In this document: positions 1-12,600 of the stretch, in pieces
How the letters are laid out: each line of letters starts with the position of its first letter
Numbering within the stretch: the stretch's first letter is position 1
Assembly (NCBI GenBank): GCA_004431415.1
Contig: QPMI01000029.1
Location: 279,235 to 343,234 of the forward strand
Direction of reading: 5' to 3'
Origin: Cyanophora paradoxa CCMP329
Lineage: Eukaryota > Plantae > Glaucophyta
DNA length: 64,000 bases
Translations under genes and position numbers: made by a program
The notes under the pieces: model-generated
What the model was told of the DNA's origin: nothing
Databases searched by the model: none
Seen by the model: only the letters and a program-made list of their open reading frames with translations

Positions 1-613
1 AAAAATTGCGGGCGACCAGTAATATCATTGGTAGTTGGCTTGCTAGGCTTCAGTAGTTCAATTTGGTTGTTCAATGAAGTTTTCTGTACATGCGTGCAGA
101 TTTTCCCGTGAACCAGAAATTAAAGCCGTGGCCGGCGCTGCACCCGACCCCGGGCCCCCGACGGGGTGACCCGCGCCCCCCTAGCTGCCCGTGCATATAT
201 GCATGCTTCTGCCCTCATCTTCAGGCTCTGGCAGGCTTGTTAGGCCTTAATTCGGCTATAGCATGTGCTCGCGCCCTTCAATTGCAACGAAGTTTCCAGA
301 GCACCTTTGATCGAATAAAATCATGAGCTGGTCAGCATGGAAAACTAATTCGTTGGTCCCGGCCCCCGGCCCCCCAACCAACCCGCCCGAGCTCTTGCGC
401 ACGAAGGAATGAATCATACCTACACTCAATTACAGCTGCTCACGATCACGGGCATCGAATCTGAAGCCTCGGAAGGGGCCTAACCTCGATCTGAGCCCTT
501 GGCAGCTCGAACTGAGCTGCGCGCACTTGCGTATGGACAAAGGGGCGCGCCTGCGCGTATGCATGCGCCCGCGCTCCGTTCCGGCTCTCCCTCCTTTTTT
601 CTCGCCCGCCCGC

Positions 614-3600
614 TCACTTGGCGGAGATGAGGGCGATCAAATCTCCCGAGCCGAGCGAGTCGCCCGTGACGACCGGGAGCTTGGTGACCTTGCCCGCCAC
701 GGGTGACGTCACCACCGTCTCCATCTTCATGGCCGAGAGGACGGCGAGCGGGTCGCCGGCCTTGACCTCCTGGTTCGCCTTGACGCGCACCTGATGAAAA
801 GTTGAGAGTAGTACGAGTAGTCGGTCACTTGGTGATTTTTTGAGAGAGAAGGAGGGGTAGATAGATGTCGGACCTCGATGACGACGCCGGCCATGGGGGC
901 GCCGACGCTGCCCGGGTGCGTCTGGTCCGCCTTCTCGCGCGCCACGGTCGTGACCGCGGCGCTCTTGTCCGTGATGAGAATGCCGCGGGGAGAGCCGTTC
1001 AGCTCGAAGAAGACCTGGGAGAGCGGGATACCGTAAGGAACACGAAAAAAGGAAGAGGGGGTACAGGGTAACGGACCTCGCGCTGGCCCTGCTTGTCAAG
1101 GAGCCCGACGGTCGAGAGCTTGATGTAGAGCGTGACGCCACGGTCGATGCGGAAGTGGAACTCCTCCCCGACCCTGTACCGGGGGCAGGTTAAATAAATC
1201 CGCGCTGGACCCCCGGGGGGTACAGGATTCGAGGCGGACCGCATGGGGCGGAGGAAGTAGCGCGTGGGGAGGACCGAGAGGTCGCCGAACTGCGCCGTGA
1301 ACTCCGCGAACTCGGTGAAGACCTGGGGGTACCGGGTTAGCGCTCTTTTTTTTTGGGGGGGGGGCAAAGGGGAGGACGCGCCTTGGGGTACAGGGAGGCG
1401 GAGCAGACGTCGACGTCGGAGATCTTGGGGCCCCACTTGGCGACCAGCTTGGCTGCCGGGGGCGTCGGAGGGCGGCGGTTGGAAAAAAGGGCGCCGCGGG
1501 GAGCCGAACCCTTGAGCGCCTCGAAGTCGAGCGAGGCCATGGAGGCGCCGGGCCGGCCGGTGATCTGCGAAGCGTGAGCCACGCCGCTCGAATCCCGGGG
1601 GGGGGGGGGGGGAGGGGGTACGCGGACCCTGGGCCGGTTCTTGAGGACGTGGGTGCGCAGGGGCTCCGGGAAGCCTCCGAAGGGCTGGCCGAGGTACCCC
1701 TGGAAGTACTCGATGACCGACTCCGGGAAAGAGAGCGCGCCCGTGGCGGCCTTGGCGGGGAGCGTCTCCTCCGTCAGGTTGTTGGAGACCATGAACTGGG
1801 CCAGGTCGCCCACGACCTACAATGTATATAAGAAGAAAGCAAGCAAACAAACAGCAAACAACCAGAAACAAAGAACGAGCCTTGGAGGTGGGCGTGACCT
1901 TGACGATGTCGCCGAGGAGCCGGTTGGCGGCGGCGTAGGCCCGCTTGACCTGCATCCACTGCGTCGCCAGGCCCAGCTGCGACGCCTGCGGGGCAAGTTA
2001 GCCTAACAGAGCAGGAGAAGCCTTTGAAGGGAAGGGGAGCGTTAGAGAGTCTAGCGAGAGCGTTTGAAGGGAAGGGGAGCGTTAACGGGGCGGGGGCGCG
2101 CGGGCCTGGAACTGAACGTTCTGATAAGATTCCTTTAAACAGTCTGATAAGATTCCTTTAAAGAGTCTAACGGGAGTCCTTTCATTTCTTGAGGGCGGGG
2201 GCGGGGGCGGAGTTGGCCTAACAGAGCAGAAGGGAAGCGTCTGATAAGTCTAACATAACAGAATAGTTAGGCAAAGTCTAGAGCGAGTCTGATAAGATAA
2301 GATTCCTTTAAAAAGGCCCAACGAGAAGAGATAGAAGGCGGGCCTGGAACTGGAGGTTGGTGTACTGGAGGTTGGTTCTTCAGAGCGCGCCTAACTTAGC
2401 CTAACTAACAAAGCCTTAATGATAAGCGAGTCTGATAAGATTCCTTTAAAGCCTTAAGAGCGGAAGGGAATACAAGAGAAGGGCGGGCGTGCCTGGAACT
2501 GGAGGTTGGTGTACTGGCCGCCGGGCATCTCGTGGACGTAGACGTCCGCGGAGCCGGACTTCTGGCCCGACTCGAAGGGCGCGTACAGCTCCCGCACCTG
2601 CACGGAGGGAGGGACGCCAGTCAGAGAGATCCGAAGCAAACTCGCTCTGGAGGGTCGGAGGGGCGGGGCGGGGCGTGGTGGGCGGCCTTCCTAGATAATT
2701 CCCTAGTAGACTTGGCACGGCGCGCGGGCGGGCGGGCAGGCAGGCAGGCAGGCAGGCAGCCGGCGGGGCGGGGCGGGGCTTCTGCAGGAGGCGGGCGGGC
2801 GGGACGGGCGGGGCGGGGCGGGCCGGGCGGCCCGGACCTTCTCCCAGTAGTCGTTCTTAGACCTCATAGACCTAGCTCATAGAACTCTTCTTAAAAAATT
2901 AAACCTAGCTTAGAGAACTCTAGTTAGGCTCTAGTTAGGCGGGCCGGGGGCTTCGGACCTTCTCCCAGTAGTCATTGATCTCGGCGAACTGGTCGATGGA
3001 GATGCCCGTGTCGTGCTTCGTGTCCTGCCGCGCGGCCCTCGCCGTCAGGCTCTCGTTGTAAGGTTCTTAAGGTTCTTCTACTGGTTCTTCTTAAGGTTCT
3101 TCTATTCTTATGTGGGGCGGACCTTGAGGGCGGCGATGATGGCGCCCAGGGACGGCTGCGACGTGAGGCCCGACATCGCTGAGAAGGGGGAGGCGGGGGC
3201 TCCGTCAGGCCACGCTGAGCCGAGGCGGGCGTGTGAGGCCGAGGCGGGCGGGCGGGGCACCGTCGATGGCGCCGTCGACGATGTCGGCGCCGGCCTCGAC
3301 GCACGCGATCATCGACGCCACGCCTGCCGAAGATCGTTAGAGGGCGGCCTTGGCCGCTCGGCTTGGAGGCGGGTCTAAGGTTAGATAGAGGGGCGCTCGG
3401 CTTGGAGGCGGGTCCAAGGTTAGATAGTCCAAGGTTGACGGCGAGGCGGGGCGGGTCCAAGGTCAGGGGGCGCGGAGGAGGGCGCGGGCACCCTCGCGCG
3501 AGCGCGAGCGGGCGGGCGCACCGGTGCCGGCCGTGTCGTGCGTGTGGACGTGGATCGGCAGGTCCGGGAACTGCGGGGCGGGGCAGGGCGGGGCCGCCCG

Positions 3601-6600
3601 GTCAGCACGCCAGCCCCCCCCAAGCTTCCCTCGGCGCGGCGAGCGTCTAATAAGAGTGTCTAACAAGCAAGCGTCTAAGAAGAGTCTTCTAAAGAGTTCT
3701 ATAAGAGCGTGATATATATTTATATAAGCGGACCTCCTTGCGGATGGCGCCGACGAGCATGGTGGCGGCCTTGGGCTTCAGGAGCCCCGCCATGTCCTTG
3801 ATCGCCAGGATGTGCGTCCCGTACTGAGTTGGGACAGGGAGAGCGGGCGGGCGAGGTGAGAAAGGGAAAGGAGGCGGGCGAGAAACGGGCGGCGCGCGGC
3901 GCCTCAGGGCCCCCACCCCACCCCACCCCACCCAACCCCTTTCTCCTCCTCCAGGGAAGGGCGGGGGGGGGGGAGAAGTAGGCGGGGAGGGGTACGGTAC
4001 CTTGACGAGCTCGCGGACGAGGCCCATGTAGTACTCCAGCGTGTACTTGGGCTGTCCCCCCGGTCCGTCAGCAGCCGGCAACCGCCCCGCCCGGTGCCCG
4101 CCCGCCGGCTCGTTTCTAGCTCCTCCCAAGTCTAAGCCTCCGAGCCAGCCAGCCAGCCAAGCCCCGCCGAACCTTGGTGGGGTCGGGTCCTAATTAGAGT
4201 CTTCTAACAAGAGTCCTACAAGAGTCTAATAATAATAATAATAATCATAAGCTTAAGCCACCGGGGCACGCACCTTGGTGGGGTCGGAGACGTCGCCGGT
4301 GTAGCAGATGGCGGCCTCGACGACGCCCCCCGCGGCGCGCACGGCCTCGATCCCGAGCTTCAGGTTCTCCATGTAGTTCAGCGAGTCGAACACGCTGCGG
4401 GGGGAGGGGCGGCTCGAGTGAGTGAGGCGTCTTGTTGCGCAAAACTTGCGCCTCTCATGCTCTGATCACTCTAATGTCCAACACGCCGCAGAGAGGGCGG
4501 GCGGGCGTGCGGGAGGGAGGGTCGGCGGGCCGGCGCCGCGCACGGGCGAAACGATGTCCTCTATTAGCTTACTAACTAGCTCTGGTTTCTCTAACGCAGC
4601 GCAGCGCAGCGCCCCTCGTGATCGCTCGGCGCACGCACCGGAAGATGTCGATGCCGTGCTCGCGGGCCTCCTTGCAGAAGTTGAAGACCACCTGCCGGCC
4701 GGGCCGAAGAAGCCGGCGTCAGGATTCGAGAGCGGAGGGGCGGGGGCGGAGGGTCGCGGGGGCGGGCGGGCGCACGTTGTCCGGGTAGGAGGTGTAGCCG
4801 ACGGCGTTGGCGCCCCGCAGCAGCATCTGCGTGCGCGCGCGCGTCCGCGGTGAGCGGAGCCATCTATGGAAGAGCGGCGGGCGGCGGGCGGCGGGCGGGG
4901 CAGGGCGGCGCAGCCGTGAGCTCTAAGCGGGGCGGGGGCGGGGGCGGGCCTGGAAGGGGATGCCGGGAATCAGGGCCCCGGGCTGAGAAGCTAAAGAAGC
5001 TAGGCGGCGGGAACGGGGGTGGGGGCGGGCCTGGAAGGGGATGTTGGGGATGAGGGCGCGGAGCTTGTCGAGGCGGCTCCAGGGGCACTCGTGGAGGAAG
5101 CGGAGGGCGACGTCGAAGGTGGCGCCGCCCCACATCTCCAGCGAGAAGAGGTTCGAGAGCATGTGCGCCGTCGCCGGCGCGATGTTCACCTGGGATGAAG
5201 GGTTAGGAGGGGTTGAGGAGGATGAGGAAGTCATCGTTTAAGATTCCTAATTGTAAAATCTATTTATGCTCTATGGCTCTATAGTGGGAGGAGGGGGTGG
5301 GGTGGGCACCATGTCGATGGTGCGCATGCGGGTGGCGAGGAGCGACTGGTGCGCGTCGCGCATCGTCGTGTCCGTGACGAGCGCGCGCGTGTGGGCGCGG
5401 ATGGCCCGCGCGAAGCCCTCGGGGCCCTTCTCCAAGAGAACCTAAAGAAGACAGAAGTGAGCAGAGAAAGTATACAGATAGATAGATTGATTGATGTGGA
5501 CCTGGCGCCAGCCGGGCGGCGGGGGGGCCTCCGGGGTCTCGGGGATCGCCGGGTCGATCTCCGAGGGCGGCGGGCCCGTCGCGCCGACCGCTGACACTCC
5601 GTTCACGATCTGCGGAGGGAGGAGATCGGGATGGGGGTGGGGGAGTGGGGGGTACAGGCGCGGACCAGGTCGCCGAGGTAGTAGAGGAGCTTCTGGGCGC
5701 GGTTGTGCGTGGGCACGAAGTGGAAGAGCTCGGGCGTCTCGTCGATGAAGGAGGTGTGCACGACGCCCTCCAGGAACTTCGGGTGGCTCTGCGGGAGGGC
5801 GAAGCCATGGCGCGTGAGGCGGGCGCGTGGGCCGAGGGCGAAGGCGGCGGTTCGAAACCGGGGAGGAGCAAGCGCACGAGGAGCTTCTGGAGGAAGGGGA
5901 TGTTCGTCTTGACGCCGCGCACGCGGAACTCCGTGATCGCGCGCATCACCTGCCGTCGTTGGTTGTTAGATTAGATTAGATTAGACCCTTGGATTGGATT
6001 GGATTAGATCCTTAGATTAGCGGTCGTCCGTCGTAAAACGGTGTCATTATAAATTGCTGGATTCGATCCTTAGATCAGCGGTCGTCCGTCGTTAGATTCG
6101 ATCCTTGGATTGGATTACGTGGGGCTCATCGCGCGGGCGGACGGACCTTCCGCACGCACTGGTCGAACGTGAGCGCTCGGCCCGTGACCTGAACGCGGGA
6201 GCGTGGGAGTAAGAGCGAGCGAGGGAAGGGGCCGCGGGCGGCCCGCGCTGCGCCGCGCTGCGCGCCTTGACGAGGAGCGAGTCGTAGTGGGGCGAGATGA
6301 CGGAGCCGGCGTACGCCGTGGACTGCGCGCGCGCGCGCGCGGAGGTGAGAGGAAGAAGAGAGGGGGCGGGGCGAGGCAGAGGGTGGGGCAGATAGGTCTA
6401 AGGAAGGTCTAAGGCGGACCTGGTCGAGGCGGTCGAGGCTCTTATATCCTATGAGACTCTTATATATACCGGACGACCTCCTATGTCAATCCTTTGTAAT
6501 ATAAGGCGAGGCGGGCGAGCGGAGAGAGAAGGGGGGGGGGGCGAGGCGGAGGGCGGGGCGGATAGATTCCTATCGGATAGAAGCGGAATCTTATTAGACT

Positions 6601-9301
6601 CCCAGTAAGGCTCTTATTGGTCGAGGTCGAGGACCTGGCCTGGTCGAGGTAGAGACTCCTAGTAAGGCTCTAGTGAAGGCGGGGCGGACCTGGTCGAGGC
6701 GGATGCCCATGCCGACGGCGGAGCGGTAGGCCTCGAGGCGGCCGACGTCCGGCTGGAAGGCCTTCAGCGGGTCCTCCGTCGTCACGCGCACCTGCGCGGC
6801 GGAGCTTAGCTCGGCGCGACAGGCTTAGAGTGAGCCCGCCGCGGCAGGGCGGGGCGGGGCGGGGCGGGGTGAGCTCAGGCGGCGGGGCTTAGCTCGGCGC
6901 GACAGGCTTAGAGCGAGCCCGGCTCGGCCCCGTTTAGAGTAAGCCCGCCGCGGCGGGGCGGGGCGGGGCGGGGTGAGCTCAGGAGGCGGGGCTCAGGTGG
7001 CTCAGCCCGGCTTAGAGTGAGAAGCTTCGATGACGGCGCGGAACTTGGCTCGGCTCGGCACGAGAAGCTTAGATTTAGATGTAGAGGAGCTCAGCTAAGC
7101 TTGGATGGCGGAGCTTAGATGGCGGAGCTTGGCTCCGAAGCTAGGAGCTCGGCCCGGCTCGGCACGAGGAGCTTAGATTGAGCCCGGCTCCGAAGCTAGG
7201 AGCTCGGCCCGGCTCGGCACGAGGAGCTTAGATTGAGCCCGGCCCGGCCCGGCTCGAGAGGCGCGTCCGGGTCACCTGGATGGCGTGCATGTAGAGGCGA
7301 ACGGAGTCCTGGGTGAGGCCCAGCTGCTTGAGGCTGCAGCCGCCCGCCACCAGCAGCTGCGTCTGCGCTCGCGCGCTCCCGTGTCAGGCTAGCTTCAATC
7401 GGGCTACAACCAGGTAGATTCTTCTTACGGACCTGGACGATGTCGACGCCGGTGGCCTCCTCGGTGACCGTGTGCTCGACCTGGACGCGCGGGTTCACCT
7501 CGATGAAGTAGTGCCGGTTCTGCGCGCGGAATAAGAGCCCCCGAAGTCAGTGTCGGACTCGGAGTAGGGGCGGGGCGGCGGGATGGGCGGGCGGGATGCG
7601 CGGGCAGGCGGGCGACAACGCCGCGCCTGCTTCTATGCCGACTAGGAGGCCTCTTATATGGCTTCTAAAGGCCTCGAGCTTCTAGCCTCGAGTTCTATCT
7701 AGGCTTCTTCTTCGGGGCGGGACAGCATTGCTCGCCTCTTAAGGCTCAAGGCTTCTAGGCTTCAAGGCTCTTCTAAAGGCTTCTAACCAGGCAGGGCGGG
7801 GCTCGCCTGCATATCGACGAGGAACTCGACGGTGCCGGCGCAGGTGTACTTGACGTGCCGCGCCAGCTTCACCGCGTCGCTGTAGAGCGCCTGCCGCGTC
7901 GCCTCCGGCAGCTGGTTCGCCGGGCAGATCTCCACCACCTGGGGTACGTGCGTGCGTACGTCAGCGCGGGCCCGCCCGCTCTCGCCCGCTCGCTCGCTCG
8001 CTCGCTCGCCTTCTGGTGACGGCGCTGCACGGAGCAGTCGCGCTCGAACAGGTGAATGATCTGCGGATCAAATCCGGATCAAATCGCGATGGAGGGGGTA
8101 CAGGCGCGGCGGGAGGGGAAAGGGCGCCCTGACCTCGCCGGTGTCGTCCCCCAGGATCTGGACCTCGATGTGGCGCGGCTTCTCGATGTAACGCTCGATG
8201 AACACCGTCCCTGTAACGCGCGCGGCTCGTCGGACGGGCGGGCGGGCGGCTCAGCGCCCCGCGCTCGCTTCGCTCGCACCGTCGCCGAAGGCGGTGAGGG
8301 CCTCGGACGTTGCGCGCTTGAAGCTCTCCTCGAGCTCCTCCATCGCGCGCACGACGCGCATGCCGCGGCCGCCGCCGCTGCGACGCCGGCCGTCCCGTGA
8401 GCGGCGCGCGGCGGGCGGGACGGCGGGGCGGCGGGACGGCGGGCGGGCCGGCGCACCCCATGGCCGCCTTGATGATGACCGGGAACCCGTAGTAGTCGCA
8501 GAACTTGCGCGCCTCCTCGTACGTTCCGACGGGGCCGTCCGTTCCGGGCACGACGGGCACTGCGGGCGGGCGGCTCGCGCGGGCGGGCGGCGCGGCGCGG
8601 CGCGGCGCATGCGCACCGCCACACTCGATGGCCATCTTACGCGCCAGCGTCTTGTCGCCCATGAGCTCAATCACGCGGGGCGGCGGCCCGACCCACACGA
8701 TGCCGGCCGCGACGACGGCCTTTGCGAACGCAGCGTTCTCGGAGAGGAATCCGTAGCCTACGCGCGAAAGCGGCGCCGTCAGCTTCCGCGCGGGAGTCGG
8801 TTGCGGGTGCCGGTTGGGCCGGCCGGTCCGCACCCGGGTGGATGGCGTCAACCCCGTTCTCCTTCGCGATGGAGACGATGTCTTCGATCGCCAGATACGC
8901 GCCGACTGCGCCGCGCTAGCGTGAGCGGTTGGGCGGGCGGCGCCCGAGAGGTCGCGTCCGCACCCGGGGTCTTGCCGCGGCCCACCAGATAGGCCTCGTC
9001 TGCCTTGTAGCGGTGATTGCCGAACCGATCCTCGAAGCTGTAGATGGCCACGGTGCGCATAGCAAGCTCGTGGGCCGCGCGGAAGATGCGGATTGCAATC
9101 TCTCCACGGTTCGCGGCCATGACCTGGCCCCTCGCTCAACCGAGGACCAGCGTACGCCGCGCGCGGGACCGCGCTCACCTTGCGGATCTTGCGTGGTGTG
9201 TCAATCACGTTGATGCCGTATCGCCCGTGGTGGTCGGTGGCCCGCGGCCGCTCATCCTGCATCTCCTCCTCCGTCAGGCCGGTCTGATCTCTGGGCTCCA
9301 T
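614..9301 (-). CDS. PYC: Pyruvate carboxylase (biotin carboxylase + carboxyltransferase + BCCP), about 37 exons
   Basis: Spliced exons give [159 protein letters not shown] and the biotinylation motif AMKMET. Stop TGA is at 614-616. ATG 9301 is the likely start, but an upstream exon is possible. Confidence 0.97.
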
Positions 9302-9660
9302 GTCGCTTGTAAACCTCTGCGCGTGCAGGCGAGCTTAGTCGCCGCGCGGGCCCAGCCGATTGCAGGTCGAAAAGTCGCGAGGCTGGTCGATCGGCGACAG
9401 CGATGTTCGGGGAAGCTGTATGCACCGTTGCGCTCGACACGAGACGAGGCGAACAGCGCCGACCAGAACTCGGCAAGGGGCAAAGCGACTGTATCCCCGA
9501 CTTCTGTACCCCCTGAGCACGCTCGTCGCTCGTACCCCAGCTTCAGAGCTCGCCGCTCGGCGCCCGGCAGCTCGCAGGTCGCGGAGGATGCTCTAGTGAC
9601 GCGGAGTACGCAGTGGACGAGGAAGATGCTCTAGCACAGCGTTGCCCCTCGGGCGCCCGA

Positions 9661-12600
9661 ATGGGTGATGCGGAGGCGGGCGGAGGGCAAGCGTTACCGG
9701 TCTCAACGGCGCACGGCAGCGCGGCGGAAGGAGGCTTCCAGCTGCCGCAGCCGCCCCTGCGTCGCCGCTCAGCGACCGGCTCCGACAACGCGGACGCCTC
9801 GCGGGCGCGGCTACACGCTGGCGCCGCACCTCTCAGCGCATATCCGCTGAATCTCGCAACCGCTTCCGACCAAGGAGACTCTGTCAGGGGCGGGAGGCCC
9901 GGGAGGGACAACGCGTACGGCCGTGGTGGCCGCGGTCCAGCGCTAGCCTCGAGGGATGCGAAGGATGCGGGCACGCGGAGGGCCCAGTACACAGCCGCGC
10001 TCCTCATCTTCGCGTCGCCCGTGCTGCAAATCGTTCCCTGGACCTGCATCGATTTCGGCCAGTACGACCGGCGCTGGCAGTACATCGCCTTCGTCACGGC
10101 GTGCGCCCCGTCCTGCCTCATGTTCTGCGCCTACGCCGCCCTCATGTTCCGGTGCGCGGACGCGTGCTATCTGCTTTCCCTCCTGCCGCCGCCGCTGCGC
10201 AAGCTCACATCCCTTCGGCTCGCAGCTTCTCCCCGCGGCGGGCCGTCTACTACGGTGTCCCCTACTTCGCGACGTGCAGCGCCGCGTATCACTTCGGCAA
10301 CGCGGCACTTGTCGACGCCTTCCCCTGGCGAGCCGGCGCCAGCGCTGGCCCCGGCCTCTTAGAAGAAGCTGCAGCCTGCTGCAAACTATATATAGCAGCT
10401 AGCTAGGCCTAGGGTCCCATCGCCGCCCGCTTCTCGGAGCTGACCCGTACGCAGGTTCCTGGACGCGCCCCTCATCGCCATTGCGACGCCTTCCATCTGG
10501 TTCGTCGGTGAGCCCAGTACCCCCCTCCCCCCACCCGGACCAGTACTCCCCCTCGCTCCCCTTCCGCCCGAGCCAGTATTCCCCCCCCCCCGAGCCAGTA
10601 CCCTCCCCCACCTCCCCGAGCCAGTACCCTGTCCCCTCCCTTCGACCCCCCCCCCCCCCCCCCCCGCGCCCCCCGCCTCCTGACGTTTTGGCCCGAACGC
10701 AGTCTCAGGTGTCTGGTCGGCCTGTGCGTCCGCTTGATTCAAGCAAGATTCCCGCCGCAAATTTTCTTAAGCTTTCCGACTTTTCCTCCCAGATTTCGCG
10801 TACCGGTCCTTCCGGCGGGCGACCCGCGACAAAAAAATCTTCGCGGCGGGCCCCGAAGCGTACGTCGGCGCAGGCACCAGCGCGGCCGCTGACGTCGACG
10901 GGAATGCGCCTGTCGCGACGGTCTTCGGGGGCGGCGCGGCGCCAGAGCCGGCGGCGCCAGTCACGGTCGCTGGCGCCGACGCTTTCGGGCCGGGGCGCTC
11001 TTTGAGCACTGAATTCGAAGGCGGCGCTGGCCCGAGCGTTAACCCGTCGGAGGCGCTGACGCGCTCGTGCGAGGCTCAGCAGACGGCGCCGGCCCTCCCC
11101 GTGCGTGAAAGCCGCCCCGCGCGGCAGGCAGGCAGGCAGGCAGGCTGCGCGGCTCGTCTGACTCTGCCCGGCCCGCCCGGCGTGCAGGAAGTCCCCCCGG
11201 GCCCGCCCGTCCTCGTCCTCCCCCTCGACCGCCCCGAGCGCGCATCTGCCGCGCCGTCGCCCGAGCCGTCCGCTGCGGCCAGAGGCGGGCGCATCCGCCT
11301 GGCACCGCTCTCTCTTCCCCCCTCCCAGCCGAGCGGGCCGGCGGCGGCGCCGGCGCCTCCGACGCCCCCCGGGGCTGAAGGCCAAGGCCAGGGCCTACGC
11401 CCCGGCCCAGGCCCAGGCCTAGGCCGCCCCTCCTCGTTCCGCGCGTGGCGCGGCGAGGCCGAGGGTCCGCTCGCTCACTCGCCTTCGCAAGCTCACCATC
11501 AGATCTCATCTGAGCCGCCTCGGCAGGGGGGGACGACTTGGAGGCGGCGCCGGCGGCCCGCGTGTCTCCGGCCCCAATCGTTGGCGCAGGCGCGGGGCAG
11601 GAGGCCCGCGGCCGCTTGCGATCAGGATCCGCGGATGCGGCTCAGGCGACGGCCGCGGGCGCGGGTGCCGGCGCGGACCGCCGGCGCCGCCGCCGCCCGG
11701 TGAGTTTCTTTCTCCCCATCGCCTCCTCTCGGCCCGGGGCCGTCGAACCGACGCCGGGCGCACCCAGTCGGCTCTGGTGCGGGACGGGCACGAGCTGGAG
11801 TCCATCTTCGCGAGCATGCGCGAGTCGCCTTCGAGCTCGAGCTCGAGATCGAGCTCCCGCCAGGGAAACACTCTGCGTCGCTTCGGCCTGCTCGACAAAG
11901 GGGGCGAGGTTCGCTTGCTCGCCTCGTTCGCCTCGCGCGCGTTGAATTCGCCTTGGCCCCTCTAGCTGTAGCCTTAGCTGTAAGACACGCGCGAGCGCTC
12001 TGTCTTCTGCCTGTCTGTCTGTCTGTCTCTCTGTCTGACGGACGGTGCCGGCAGCCTCCGGGGGCGCGGGAGGCGCTCCTGTTCCTTTCCAAGGTCCTCC
12101 TCTTCCTCCTGACCCTCTGCTCCTCCGCCTTCCTCCAGTGGGGGTGCGCGCGCGCTCTCTATTTATAGCCGCGCGCGCACGCGCTCGGACCGTGGAATCT
12201 TCTTAGAGTATAAGCCAAGCACTCGTAGGTTCTTCCTCCGCTAGGCTTCCCTTCCCGCCCGCGCGCGCCCGAGATTTAGTCTTTGTAAGATACGCTTTCC
12301 TTCTCCTCGCAGGTACCTTGCCTTGTTCGCGGCCTACACCGGCAACGCCGTTGTCCAGGCGCGCCGCCGCCCCGCCCCGGCCCGCCCCGCCCCGGCCAGC
12401 TCAAAAATCGTTGTATTCCAGAAGATATCGCCCCTTAAAGCTCTTCCTTAAGCTCTAGATCTCAAACCTCTTGCGTGAATCTATTTATTTAGACGCCGGC
12501 CCCTGCAGATCGCGATCAATTTGGCCTTCAACGCACTCTTCTTCGTTCTCTCTTTCCTCTTCGTCCGCGCCTTCCGCAACTTCCTGGCGCCCGTCCTCCC

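Noticed and set aside
1441-1520. Apparent GG splice donor in PYC
   Set aside because: It resolves as a normal phase-1 GT-AG intron (AAG G|gt...ag|CC AAG).
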